This document shows positions 19,797 to 29,809 of a DNA stretch of 64,000 nt, piece by piece. Each line of letters starts with the position of its first letter. Within the stretch, counting starts at the first letter, position 1. The position numbers were made by a program, and so were the translations under genes. The stretch lies in sequence record MW812343.1; one strand, 5' to 3'. Below the pieces are notes generated by a model. That model was not told where the DNA came from and ran no database searches. It saw nothing but the letters and a program-made list of their open reading frames with translations.

Positions 19797-19925
19797 ATGG
19801 ACCCGATCGCAAAGTGGTTTCTCGTTGGTTGGTTCGGTTTAGTGTTTCTCGTTTATCTGTTGTGGGTATGGCAGGAGTGTAAATGGTTTAAACGTATGGA
19901 CCGGTTCGTCAAAGGAGGCGAATAA
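19797..19925 (+). CDS. 42-aa Trp-rich single-TM peptide (not in ORF track)
   Basis: MDPIAKWFLVGWFGLVFLVYLLWVWQECKWFKRMDRFVKGGE; TAATG-coupled to the next gene. Confidence 0.65.
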   Translation: MDPIAKWFLVGWFGLVFLVYLLWVWQECKWFKRMDRFVKGGE

Positions 19926-20191
19926 TGTTAACGGTTGATATATTAGATTCGAAAGGAAAGAAGTTGTTTGACTTCGATCTGTCAGTTACCGGGGGTAAGG
20001 TAATGGAGTTCGCAAAAGCCTGCGATCGTCATACCACCCAAGTCATCAATAACAAGCGTAGCGTACGCTACTCCATGGTCAAACGTGAGCTGGATGCCTG
20101 CTTACGGGGTACATTAATTGCGCACCACCTCGCACGCCTCAACACTCTCGATCCACACTTCACCTTTATCACCCACGATTATTATAGATAA
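19925..20191 (+). CDS. hypothetical protein
   Basis: GGAGG SD; weak similarity to the next ORF. Confidence 0.7.
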   Translation: MLTVDILDSKGKKLFDFDLSVTGGKVMEFAKACDRHTTQVINNKRSVRYSMVKRELDACLRGTLIAHHLARLNTLDPHFTFITHDYYR

Positions 20192-20214
20192 CGTGGTACA
20201 CACCGAGGTGTAAG

Positions 20215-20520
20215 ATGGTCAAGTTGCTTGTAATCGAATTAAATCAGTACCGGGATGTGTTGCATCGGTTCGAGCTACCTGACAACGTAGTGACAACCGC
20301 ATTCTTAGAGCGGTTCCGGGGAACCAAAACGGCCATCTATGGCGGGCGTCGCTGGACTGTCTATTATAACGTCCGTAGCGCCCTCTCAGACGCGCTAACG
20401 GCTGGTAAGGTAAAGGAGACACTGGCCTTCCTAAAAGCCTACGAGAATGACCCGCTGGCGATTGGTATCATGTTAGCCGAGAAAGAACAAATCGGTAAAC
20501 CTGCTCAACCCAGCGAATAA
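20215..20520 (+). CDS. hypothetical protein
   Basis: GAGGTG SD; ends at a convergent terminator. Confidence 0.7.
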   Translation: MVKLLVIELNQYRDVLHRFELPDNVVTTAFLERFRGTKTAIYGGRRWTVYYNVRSALSDALTAGKVKETLAFLKAYENDPLAIGIMLAEKEQIGKPAQPSE

Positions 20521-20575
20521 AAAAAAGCAAACTCCTACCCGATGGGTAGGAGTTACGCTTCTTATTTTTTTTTGC
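20519..20575. terminator. bidirectional terminator
   Basis: A-run, AACTCCTACCC-GAT-GGGTAGGAGTT, T-run; between convergent genes. Confidence 0.88.
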
Positions 20576-20578
20576 TAT

Positions 20579-23302
20579 TTAGACCGTTTCATCTTCCGGA
20601 TTAATATCCAGAGGATCAGTGCCATTACCACCATCAGGATTATCCCCAGCGTTGTCTCCGCCGTCAGGGTTATCAGGGTCAAGTGGATTATCGTCTGGAT
20701 TGTCATCAGGGTTATCGTCCGGGTTTTCATCTAATGGATTGTCGTCGGGGTTGTCATCCAGAGGGTTGTCGTCCAATGGATTGTCGCCCGCCCCACCAAA
20801 ACCGCCGTCAGATGGCGCACCGTCACCCATGTCGCGCTGCTTAGCCAACGTCTCAATCTTACCAGACGTGGTTTTGCCGAGCTGCATAATGGTGTTGGAT
20901 GCTTCGCGGATTTCATCACTGATCATCTTCACGGTTTCTGCACGTTTCTCTTTATCGTAAATCAGGTCGAAGAATTCATTCTCGATACCTTGTTTACGCA
21001 GCCACGTACGCACGTAGAAGTTCTTCACCATAGTCTTAATGGTGTTGGCATCCAGAGAGATACCCGCATCCTGCATCATCTGCGTGATGTCATCTGTCAC
21101 CACCAAGTCGGCCAGTTTCTCAATGAACTCTGTGCGTTTATCGAACAGTTCCATTTGTGAAGAGGCCGCAGATGTATCCGGCGGTGGTAAGGTGACTTTG
21201 ATCCCGTTGATGAATTGACGCATGTACATAGACGCTTTCGCCACGTACTGGTCTTCAGGGGTATCCGGCTCTTTTTCTTTGATGTACTCCACACACGCTT
21301 TCAGCAGTTCAGCTTGCAGGCTCGGTGAAGACAACGTCGACGTTACGACATAACGGGTTAACGGCTTTTGCAGAATCTCCTGCTTCTTCATGATCTTCTG
21401 GGTAACCAGCAGGGACTTGGAGAAGATTTGAGACGCAAATTCAATGTTGTCCGGCGTCAGTACCAAATCCGGGTCAACGTCCGCGATGTGACAAGTACGA
21501 CGCAGTAACTGCTCATCGAGTTCTTTATCGGGCGCTTTGTAATCCGGCGTGGTGTCCGACACAGACACTTTGCTGCTTGGGTAGTAGTCGTTCCCCTCAA
21601 CGTTGAACGCTATCCCTGAGTTGGTTGCCATAGACCAGATGTCATCCATGTTCCCCCACATCGGCTGGCGACGGTTAAAGGAGTTCAGGATATCAGACTT
21701 CATGCGGGCAACAGTTTCTTCCCCGTTCATGGCGTCCGGTGACAACTGAATGTCGTACTGCATGTGACGTGCTGAGTTCAGGATAGAGGTGTTCATTGTG
21801 GCGAACAGCAGCGCCATACGCACAGACGAGATGATGAAGGAGCGTTCGGTGATAGACACACCAAAGCCATCTTCATCAAAGTCGGTTGCAAAGTAGCACA
21901 GGTTCTCAGCCGGGATATACACCACCTGCGTGTGACGTTTTGCCAAGTGACGCGTCAGCATGATACGGCCAAAGGTTTCTGACACGTTCATATCCAGCTC
22001 AGCACCACCCAATGCGTCACCTAACGCAACAGCCAGCTGGTTCTCAGCAATTTCACCGAAACGGCTAATCAGACGGTTAGCAATTTCAGGCGTGACTTTC
22101 GCGTTACCTTCACCCATCCCGATAGCAGAACGGTTAATGATGGAGTCCACCATACCGTCATTATTCAGGTAGTTCATGAAGTTCGCATCGCCATACAACG
22201 ACGAGCGCGCATTGATGAAGTTACCGAGTTCATCGACAATGGCCAGATAACCAATCGGGTTCATCACGTCATCGCCCAACACCAGTGGCATGGTTGATTC
22301 CGCAGGCAGAACACGTTCGGTGTATTCGACGTGGTTCACGTCATCCATCATCGGCTTTTGCATCTCGCCGTACATCATGGTCTGTGGCGTGGTGCGATAC
22401 GTCTCGTTCAAATCGGCGATGTTGATACCGTCGTATTTGCGATCCTGACTCTCTTTGAACCCATCCGCTTCAAAGGTACCGGCCCCTGTTGGCGTTTGAG
22501 GCTTTTCATATGCAGTCTGTTCCAACTGTCCGTAAAAGGACGCCGAGGCGTTTTCACGCGCAACACGACGGACAGTTTCTGGCATCAAGAATACGTTGGG
22601 GTTGTCAGTCAGCGTCAAACTGATCGTAGCCATGTCTTTGGCTTTTGTAGGATCAAACAACGCATCCAGTTTAATCTCGATGGTCTGCGGACCGTCTGGA
22701 CGCGTACGCCCATTCAGTATGCTTTCAATCCCGACTTTACGCTCATCCGGTTTAGAAATCTTACCCAAGATACCGCGTTGTTGATTAAAGAAATCAATGC
22801 GTTGGTTCTTGATGGATTCCTGTGCGACCTTTGTGTCCAACCCAAACAGTTTATCAAACCCGGAGTCGGAGAGCAGAAGTACCGGCGTTGCACCTTTGAA
22901 TTTAAGGGCATCGTAAATCCACTTGTACAGCTTAGTCGGCAGCTGACGTTTGTTGTCGTGGAACTCACGTTCGATGCGTACCATCTCTTGACGCAGGTCA
23001 AGGGGCATCTCGGCTACGCAATCGTAAATAAGACTGGTGTTAACCAAGTCTTTCGACGACAACAGAGAAGAGGTTGCGATAGTGACAATCGTTTCGAGTT
23101 CAGGCAATGCCTGATAGATACGCTGTGCGTTCTTCGCTGTACGAATACGCGAACTGGCGATACCTGTCAGTTCTGAGCGAGTTGGTGTGGTGCCTCCCTC
23201 CTCGCGCTTACCGCGCTCTTGCGAACCGCTTGGGCCGGTTGCCTTGCGCAGGATGGCGCTTACCGCTGGGTCGCGCGCCTGTAACTTACTAATATCGTCC
23301 AT
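20579..23302 (-). CDS. portal protein (phiKZ gp129-like)
   Basis: ~907 aa from ATG 23302 (GGAG SD), opposite strand beside the baseplate gene as in phiKZ-like phages; AQE site; acidic tail. Confidence 0.8.
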   Translation of the reverse strand: MDDISKLQARDPAVSAILRKATGPSGSQERGKREEGGTTPTRSELTGIASSRIRTAKNAQRIYQALPELETIVTIATSSLLSSKDLVNTSLIYDCVAEMPLDLRQEMVRIEREFHDNKRQLPTKLYKWIYDALKFKGATPVLLLSDSGFDKLFGLDTKVAQESIKNQRIDFFNQQRGILGKISKPDERKVGIESILNGRTRPDGPQTIEIKLDALFDPTKAKDMATISLTLTDNPNVFLMPETVRRVARENASASFYGQLEQTAYEKPQTPTGAGTFEADGFKESQDRKYDGINIADLNETYRTTPQTMMYGEMQKPMMDDVNHVEYTERVLPAESTMPLVLGDDVMNPIGYLAIVDELGNFINARSSLYGDANFMNYLNNDGMVDSIINRSAIGMGEGNAKVTPEIANRLISRFGEIAENQLAVALGDALGGAELDMNVSETFGRIMLTRHLAKRHTQVVYIPAENLCYFATDFDEDGFGVSITERSFIISSVRMALLFATMNTSILNSARHMQYDIQLSPDAMNGEETVARMKSDILNSFNRRQPMWGNMDDIWSMATNSGIAFNVEGNDYYPSSKVSVSDTTPDYKAPDKELDEQLLRRTCHIADVDPDLVLTPDNIEFASQIFSKSLLVTQKIMKKQEILQKPLTRYVVTSTLSSPSLQAELLKACVEYIKEKEPDTPEDQYVAKASMYMRQFINGIKVTLPPPDTSAASSQMELFDKRTEFIEKLADLVVTDDITQMMQDAGISLDANTIKTMVKNFYVRTWLRKQGIENEFFDLIYDKEKRAETVKMISDEIREASNTIMQLGKTTSGKIETLAKQRDMGDGAPSDGGFGGAGDNPLDDNPLDDNPDDNPLDENPDDNPDDNPDDNPLDPDNPDGGDNAGDNPDGGNGTDPLDINPEDETV
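20590..20790 (-). repeat. coding DNP(L)D acidic repeat tract in the portal C-terminus
   Basis: GDNPLDDNPLDDNPDDNPLDENPDDNPDDNPDDNPLDPDNPD. Confidence 0.9.
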
Positions 23303-23317
23303 TGGGGTCTCCGGAAA

Positions 23318-25501
23318 ATGCAGAGGTTCAATATCTTTAGAGACCAGTCCATCCAATTGGCGATGTCTTTGATTTTTAAATCAGAAGCCATTGCTGAGCA
23401 GATGAATCTGGCTATAACCGAGAGTGGCGGTTATGTGTCGAATGACCGCACAACGTGGCGGTACTACCTGCATCTGGCAGGTCGTCGACATGAAATCGAC
23501 AAACCGATTCTATTTAAATCGGTCGAAAACGGCGAGGAAATAGAGCTTACGGCAGCCAACCTGGCTATTCATAAGAAAACCTCGAACGTCTATCGCTCCA
23601 ACACCGAGTATATCGAAAACCTCATCGAGGCGTATCCCGACTACGCGGTCTATATAAAAGGTGTCTTTTGGCCTGTGAGTTTGGAGCGGTCCATTTCCCT
23701 AAATGATTGCGCAATCATGTACTACGACTCGAAGTATGTCGAAGCACAAGAGCAGTCATTGATTTACGAATTAGAAGCGAAAATTCGTGCCACACACGTC
23801 CGATATTTTGCTCAAGGATGGCGTGTACACAACGATGCGTTCGTGCTGGCGTTCTACGACATGCTCTACCCTATGCTGCCTGCCTTTATCATGCAGCTGC
23901 GACAGGAGAAGCAATTCACCGTCGAGACACACAGCTATTACGTCACCGAGTTCCTGGCCTCTCACCAAGAGCTGCACGAGTTTATCCCCTACCTTACTCA
24001 GAAACAGATGTTCACGTTGTACCGCAACATCCGTTATTGGGAGCGCAACTCCGGCAAGAAAGAAATCTTCGACTGGATGGTGGAAACCCTGCTTACCGGT
24101 TGGAGTATGCCTGCCGTCGCGTACAATGTTGGCCAGTTAATCCACGATCCCACCACGGGAGATGATGCGGATTTAACACCGAAGCCGACAGGGTATCAGC
24201 AAGCTCTGAACTATACAGAGCGGACGTCTGGCCGTGATTTGGATTTGGTGGCGACTGCCGAACTTATCCAAAAAGAGTTGTCGTTGGCTTCGGAGAACAG
24301 TCAGCACCAAGTTGAGTACCAGACAGACCTTGACACTCGACTGGGTCTGACACAATATCCAAACCTGTCCACCAAACTCGTCGAGATTACCGCAATCGAC
24401 CCCGAGGCAATTGAGCGTTGGGAGTACATGCACGGTATCTTTAACGAGTGGCTACACTTAACGGCCAGTGGCAAATACAGTATCTATCACGACATCCTTA
24501 ACCCAACGAACGGGGACACGTTGAAACTCTCCTCAAAAGAGTTACTGGCGCTGTACCTGTATGCTGGGTTCAAAGGGTTCTCCAATATTGAGTTACCTGC
24601 CTTCCCTGCCTTCCCTGCGATGGACGTCCAGATTAAACGTTGGGTGACCCCGGAGGAGATGCATAACGCTATCTTCCCAGAGAGTTGGGCGGGGCGTTAC
24701 GATGGCATGGTGAACTATTTCGCTGACACACAGTACGAGGTCATCGGGACGCTGACCAGTAACGACGAGTTGTACGATGCTGTCGCTACTATGGTGGATA
24801 ATAAACGTAAGCGTTACAGCTATGTGTATAACCGCCGTAAAATTCCCGATCGTTCAGCGGGCTTGCAATTGTTTACGTACATGTATCGCAGCTACCGTTG
24901 CGACTTGGCACTACCTTACACGGGCTATGAAGAATTCTTCAGAACGTACGGCATCGACTACAAGTTGATTTCGAACGAAACGTGGCAGGACATTGCAACC
25001 GACGCGTTTAATATTGCAACTAACATGGAGAACCGGGCGGTTCTGTCCCAAGGTGAAATCCAGCGTGCGATGGTCAGACTGATGAGTAAACTCTCATCCT
25101 ACACCATTCATTTCGCCGCGCGCATGGCATCTGACTCCTACGACATTACCGATCCTATCACACCGATTCTTGGGGATATACCGGCGTCTGCACATGCGTC
25201 GATGTCGGTTGACCATTCCCATACCGGTGTGCAGGATGTGGCTGTGAAGTCGAAGATGTCCACCTCAACACCGCTTGCGGTGATGCCTGATATCGTCGCC
25301 TTAAAAGCACCCCGTCGTTTGCGGTACCAAATGGATATCGCAATGGGTATACAGGTAACGATGCATCAGCATCAGGTGGTCAACATTTCTGAGCCGTTAG
25401 TGGGCGTGGACGTTACTGAAAACGTAAAAGACAAAGCCTACTTGAGCGATAAGATTGGAAAGACAGCACTCGATGGCTTTATCAAAGGTGAATATTTCTA
25501 A
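23318..25501 (+). CDS. virion structural protein, probable baseplate (phiKZ gp128 position)
   Basis: 727 aa; WRYYLHLAG, FNEWL patterns; start could be 23363. Confidence 0.7.
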   Translation: MQRFNIFRDQSIQLAMSLIFKSEAIAEQMNLAITESGGYVSNDRTTWRYYLHLAGRRHEIDKPILFKSVENGEEIELTAANLAIHKKTSNVYRSNTEYIENLIEAYPDYAVYIKGVFWPVSLERSISLNDCAIMYYDSKYVEAQEQSLIYELEAKIRATHVRYFAQGWRVHNDAFVLAFYDMLYPMLPAFIMQLRQEKQFTVETHSYYVTEFLASHQELHEFIPYLTQKQMFTLYRNIRYWERNSGKKEIFDWMVETLLTGWSMPAVAYNVGQLIHDPTTGDDADLTPKPTGYQQALNYTERTSGRDLDLVATAELIQKELSLASENSQHQVEYQTDLDTRLGLTQYPNLSTKLVEITAIDPEAIERWEYMHGIFNEWLHLTASGKYSIYHDILNPTNGDTLKLSSKELLALYLYAGFKGFSNIELPAFPAFPAMDVQIKRWVTPEEMHNAIFPESWAGRYDGMVNYFADTQYEVIGTLTSNDELYDAVATMVDNKRKRYSYVYNRRKIPDRSAGLQLFTYMYRSYRCDLALPYTGYEEFFRTYGIDYKLISNETWQDIATDAFNIATNMENRAVLSQGEIQRAMVRLMSKLSSYTIHFAARMASDSYDITDPITPILGDIPASAHASMSVDHSHTGVQDVAVKSKMSTSTPLAVMPDIVALKAPRRLRYQMDIAMGIQVTMHQHQVVNISEPLVGVDVTENVKDKAYLSDKIGKTALDGFIKGEYF

Positions 25502-25525
25502 TCTATTGACATAAGCGAGAATTGT

Positions 25526-26050
25526 ATGCCGTATCGTATCGACCTATCGAAACCACCCCACGAAATATTGGTGAACCGTATCAACTACGTCTGGGGCACT
25601 TCTTATAGACCAGACCAAGTTGAGTTCAACTCTCGTGGTGCATGGCCGCTGACGAAAGAAGAACGACGCGCGCGTGGCGTCGAGTCTAAAATCGCGGCAC
25701 GATTCAAAAACGGGGTGATGGGCTTTCAGGAGTTCCATCTGACCCGTGCCAACCTGACCGAACTGCTGGAAGGGGTTGTGGTAGAAGTTCCGATGGGTAT
25801 TACGTGGAGCCACTACCTCGTCCCTTACATCATTGACGAGTTGGGATTACAGCTGGGTCCGTACGACTTGGTGATTGAACCACTGGAAGGGGAGTTCACC
25901 ACTTATGTCGCCCGAATCGAACCTCATCACCCCGCGTTCAAGGGGACGATTGATATCAAGTTCGTTGACCCGACCCCGCGTAAATTAACCGACCTCGTCA
26001 AGAAATACAAACTTGACGGCTTCCGCGTAGGAGAATATTTCGATGGCTAA
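25526..26050 (+). CDS. virion structural protein related to the terminal paralog array
   Basis: L..RIN....; I..ELGL.L...DL; F.G; L..YKLDGF mirror the array domain. Confidence 0.6.
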   Translation: MPYRIDLSKPPHEILVNRINYVWGTSYRPDQVEFNSRGAWPLTKEERRARGVESKIAARFKNGVMGFQEFHLTRANLTELLEGVVVEVPMGITWSHYLVPYIIDELGLQLGPYDLVIEPLEGEFTTYVARIEPHHPAFKGTIDIKFVDPTPRKLTDLVKKYKLDGFRVGEYFDG

Positions 26051-26927
26051 TACCAAGGTGTATGACGGTAAGTTGTCCACAGCGACGCTTAGCGCCATGC
26101 GTTTAGCAAGTGCCTTGATTTGTGGGGCAGACATTAAGTACCCACAGAACTCGACACTGAATGAGTTTTTCAAACTGATGACGGGCAAGCTGCCTGACCC
26201 TACCGTACGTCCAAGTTTGAAGTATATGTCCATCGGTTTCGCGGGTCACAAATCCGTTAAAGTGAAAACGATTGACAGCTTCGTACCGGTGGCGAAAAGC
26301 CCCACCACGTCTGGGATGTTCAGTCACGTACCGTTCGTGCTACGCACCCTCGACAACGACCTGAGTGACGAACAGCGTAAAGACTACGCGTTCCGCACGC
26401 AGGTTAACATCGATGGCCGCAACTACTGGGCGTACTACCTGAAACGTCTGGACATGCGTTCGGTGCAAACCACCGACCTTGAAACCATTCGTGAAAACGG
26501 TGTGCCGAAGACTGAGGACTTTGTCTATAAAGACAGTGACCTTAACCCGGTGCCAAAAGACCTGCCGGACTACGACTACGACGATGACAGCACCGTTGAA
26601 ATCCCAGACGGCCGTTACGTCCAGTCAGGCTGCGATATCGTTATTAACTGGTCAGAGTTCGACATTCAGGAATACCTGAACGTTGCCGCCATCCTGTTGG
26701 GCGATGCCGGTTCTGCTATCGTGTCTGAAATCGCACTCTGTTCTGGCGTTGATTTCACCACCAGTGGCGAATCAGCAACCGGTTCTCCGTTCGCGTACGA
26801 AGAAGCGATTGGTGTACAGGTGCTGTATCACATCAGTCTGTTCACTAACCTTGCACAAACCAACGACCAGCTGGGTCTGACGATTCGTGTGGGTCAGCCT
26901 GCGCCGTTCTATCTGGGACAAGCGTAA
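26043..26927 (+). CDS. virion structural protein
   Basis: 294 aa, coupled; PFVLR...NDL, YWAYYLKRL. Confidence 0.65.
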   Translation: MANTKVYDGKLSTATLSAMRLASALICGADIKYPQNSTLNEFFKLMTGKLPDPTVRPSLKYMSIGFAGHKSVKVKTIDSFVPVAKSPTTSGMFSHVPFVLRTLDNDLSDEQRKDYAFRTQVNIDGRNYWAYYLKRLDMRSVQTTDLETIRENGVPKTEDFVYKDSDLNPVPKDLPDYDYDDDSTVEIPDGRYVQSGCDIVINWSEFDIQEYLNVAAILLGDAGSAIVSEIALCSGVDFTTSGESATGSPFAYEEAIGVQVLYHISLFTNLAQTNDQLGLTIRVGQPAPFYLGQA

Positions 26928-27577
26928 TGTTGATACCTGAACCGCGTCACCCGGATAACATGGTGCGGATTGTGGGTGTCGACCCCGGCACTGCACACCT
27001 AGGGTTAGCGGTTCTGGATTGGGAATACGGTACGGATCAAGCCGTGGTGGTGTGGGCAGATACCTTACACGTCAAAGACCCGACACACGATTCCTCGTTT
27101 GGGGAAACGGTCGGTCGTCGTGATGCTCGCATGATACAACTCGAAGCGTTATTCGAGGAGTTCCTTCGGTTAGCCCGTCCGACGTTCCTTGCAACAGAAA
27201 CCCCGTTCATGAAACGGGGTAAGCTTTCCGCCTATGAATCCGGTGTTGAACTGCAATTGATGTTGCGTCGTTCCCTCTGGCGCGTCTTTCCGACGAAAGT
27301 CATTCATGGTTATCACCCCATTATTGTGAAATCTTATGTTGGTGTTGAAGCCCGAGGTACTGACAAGGAAGATATGAAGCGTGCTGTCCAAAAGCTGTAT
27401 GCGAACCACACCCATATCGACCTGTCTACCTTGGACGAGCACAGTAACGATGCCGTTGCCGTGTGTAACATCTTCGTGAGGCTTTCACTGCTCAACTTAA
27501 ACAGTCTCCTGCCGCCTAAAGAGAAGAAACCGAAAGGCGCATTTTCCAAAAGTCGGCGTAAACGGAAAAGGGGTTAA
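26927..27577 (+). CDS. ruvC: RuvC-like Holliday junction resolvase
   Basis: IVGVDPG, ATETPF, DEHSNDAVAV acidic catalytic motifs. Confidence 0.9.
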   Translation: MLIPEPRHPDNMVRIVGVDPGTAHLGLAVLDWEYGTDQAVVVWADTLHVKDPTHDSSFGETVGRRDARMIQLEALFEEFLRLARPTFLATETPFMKRGKLSAYESGVELQLMLRRSLWRVFPTKVIHGYHPIIVKSYVGVEARGTDKEDMKRAVQKLYANHTHIDLSTLDEHSNDAVAVCNIFVRLSLLNLNSLLPPKEKKPKGAFSKSRRKRKRG

Positions 27578-27579
27578 CC

Positions 27580-28134
27580 ATGTCACTGTCTCAACAGGAT
27601 GCTACCGCGCAAGCGCTAGATGTCCTTATTCAAGCGGGCACCAACAAGCTCAGCATTGATGAGGCCAGTAAAGTGAAAGACGCAGCTGCGGTCTTAGGAC
27701 AGGCAGATCTCGTTGATGTCACCAAACCTGCCAGTGTGATTTTGTCCACACTGCGCCCCATGTTGGTCGCGCAGATTGGTCAGCTGGCAGATAACCTCGA
27801 ACAGCGTGCTGTCAATGCTGTAGAGGGGCTGGATGCGAAATACGGCAAAGAAACCATGATGACACTCTGGCCGAATTTCGGTCGTGGAGTGAAGTTCATT
27901 GTGATTCTGTTAGCGTTAGCCACGGTTGCCGTTGCGGGCTATCTCGCCTACTACACCATGCACAACCCAGGAATGGATGCGATGGATGTGGCCATCGTGG
28001 GACTGACGCCGTTGTTCGGTTTGGCGGTGTTCTGCACTTGGCCAATCAAAACACTGGCGTACAGTTCGATGACTATCGCTGCAAAAGTCGTTGAGGCGAA
28101 GCTCCAGAAAAAGACGGTCACCACGAAGTCGTAA
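27580..28134 (+). CDS. two-TM membrane protein
   Basis: FIVILLALATVAVAGYLAYY and VAIVGLTPLFGLAVFC segments; basic C-terminus. Confidence 0.7.
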   Translation: MSLSQQDATAQALDVLIQAGTNKLSIDEASKVKDAAAVLGQADLVDVTKPASVILSTLRPMLVAQIGQLADNLEQRAVNAVEGLDAKYGKETMMTLWPNFGRGVKFIVILLALATVAVAGYLAYYTMHNPGMDAMDVAIVGLTPLFGLAVFCTWPIKTLAYSSMTIAAKVVEAKLQKKTVTTKS

Positions 28135-28138
28135 GTCT

Positions 28139-28175
28139 CTCGCCCTTCGGGGCGAGGTCTTTTTCTTTTTTTTTT
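28139..28175 (+). terminator. intrinsic terminator
   Basis: CTCGCCC-TTCG-GGGCGAG + T run. Confidence 0.9.
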
Positions 28176-28204
28176 GCTCAAATACACGAGTTGTAATTTA
28201 TGTG
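28176..28204 (+). promoter_or_regulatory. ACA-N14-TGTG promoter candidate, 23/29 identical to 35340-35368
   Basis: GCTCAAATACACGAGTTGTAATTTATGTG. Confidence 0.65.
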
Positions 28205-28225
28205 ATAACAATTAAGGGGAACATC

Positions 28226-28849
28226 ATGAAGCTTTTACAAACGCGCGTTCGCACCGTGTTAATCCCGGCTTCTGGTTTGTTAAACGCCATACCTAAGCTG
28301 CCGAATATGGTGTTGAACGAAGAGAACCGTAAACTGCTTATCAACAGTATGCTTGAGGAGCGGACGTGGATAACTTACCGCACGATGCCTGCTGGCTACA
28401 CACCACAGAATCCTCCGTATGTGGGACAGACGTTACACCTGCTTAAATCGATGTACCGCTATGTGAACCAGAGCGATGCACTGTACGCCATTCAAGCGCT
28501 GGGGAATGCGGTGCACAAACTGCTGAACGCATCCTACGGTCGTACTCCAATCGACTATCCTGAGACCGGCTCTGATACCGGATTTCCGGGCGGGGGGCAT
28601 ATCTTTGACCACGGGGTCGCGTATCGCTGGTACAAGGGGTACGTTCACGCTAAGTGGCCCCGGCCTGTGGTTAACATGCAGGAAATGGCGGTAGCGTCGT
28701 TCTGGTTGTTTATCCGTGATGCGGTTGGGGATAAGAAGATATTGGATCGGCCCATTTCCGAACTGATGGAGACAGTTGACATTAACGACCTCCTCAGCGA
28801 CACCAATTATGATTTCTTGGAGAGATGTTTATGCTCTACATCGAAGTGA
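28226..28849 (+). CDS. hypothetical protein
   Basis: ATG 28226 with AGGGGA SD. Confidence 0.7.
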   Translation: MKLLQTRVRTVLIPASGLLNAIPKLPNMVLNEENRKLLINSMLEERTWITYRTMPAGYTPQNPPYVGQTLHLLKSMYRYVNQSDALYAIQALGNAVHKLLNASYGRTPIDYPETGSDTGFPGGGHIFDHGVAYRWYKGYVHAKWPRPVVNMQEMAVASFWLFIRDAVGDKKILDRPISELMETVDINDLLSDTNYDFLERCLCSTSK

Positions 28850-29307
28850 GTCCTGATAAGGTCTCAGCAGAAACGTTCCCTGGTCTACGCGAATGGATTG
28901 ACGACCAGAACGCACACCGTAGCCAACCGATACGGATTCTCATGGCCGTTGAAGACGATATCCCGGTCGGTATCATGGCGTTCGCTGACGGGCAAATCCT
29001 CTATATCTACGTTCCTGAAGAGTCCCGCTTTGGTGGCGTTGGAACTGCTTTGTTAAAGCGGGGAGTGTTGGAAAGTAAAACGGCATTGGTGACGGCAAAA
29101 GTACATCCCTCCAATGTCGGGGGTATCTGTTTCCTTCACAAATGCGGCTTCGTTATTGAAGGTAGCGTGGTTGGGCTGGATGATGTACGTTATCATCGTA
29201 TGACGAATAACATCGTCGTTGTTCATACACCGCCGGAGGAGAAGCACTTAAAAACGTTTGTGACGAATGTGCCGATATTTTTATCGATGGCGGAGGGTAA
29301 TTTCTAG
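28825..29307 (+). CDS. GNAT N-acetyltransferase
   Basis: YVPEESRFGGVGTALL (motif A), N.GG..F..KCGF. Confidence 0.85.
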   Translation: MFMLYIEVSPDKVSAETFPGLREWIDDQNAHRSQPIRILMAVEDDIPVGIMAFADGQILYIYVPEESRFGGVGTALLKRGVLESKTALVTAKVHPSNVGGICFLHKCGFVIEGSVVGLDDVRYHRMTNNIVVVHTPPEEKHLKTFVTNVPIFLSMAEGNF

Positions 29308-29323
29308 CCGCGAGATTATAACA

Positions 29324-29809
29324 ATGTTACGTGTTATCTACGAAACACGGAGGTTGGACGACGTCCAGTCAAAGCCTGTTCGTCATGCTGAGATTGTGCC
29401 TGCCTCAGCCGTAAATAGAGTAGCGTCGACTTTACGGGGTGTGCCGGTGAACTTTATGCTGTGTGACGATCATCGCGAGAACAAACCTTATAAGACTATA
29501 CCGGCAATGCGGTCCAGTAAACGTAGAAGTTATGCCGACTTAAAGTTTCGACTTTATCGGCATTACCGTCGGAGTGCTTGGAAACAGTTAGTGCAATTAG
29601 TCATTGACGATTTCATCAAGAACCTCGAATGGGAAGAAGTGCTTAAAGAGGCGGGATACCGTACTCATTCTTTTTCGTACCACTGGCATCAATTCAAAAA
29701 ACAGTACGACCACGAACTTCGATGGTCACCTGGCACGCGCAAGATGATGTTACGTCTTGAGCAACAGGACTGGCTCCTACCGTATATGGAAGAGGACAAA
29801 AAAACATGA
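29324..29809 (+). CDS. hypothetical basic protein
   Basis: ATG 29324, coupled. Confidence 0.65.
   Translation: MLRVIYETRRLDDVQSKPVRHAEIVPASAVNRVASTLRGVPVNFMLCDDHRENKPYKTIPAMRSSKRRSYADLKFRLYRHYRRSAWKQLVQLVIDDFIKNLEWEEVLKEAGYRTHSFSYHWHQFKKQYDHELRWSPGTRKMMLRLEQQDWLLPYMEEDKKT

Noticed and set aside
20619-20960. Plus-strand Ser/Gly/Leu ORF and periodic DNA resembling an array
   Set aside because: Antisense of the portal DNP repeats; no constant repeat with unique spacers, so not CRISPR
25506-25535. Sigma70 promoter at TTGACA
   Set aside because: No -10 hexamer at 16-18 nt spacing
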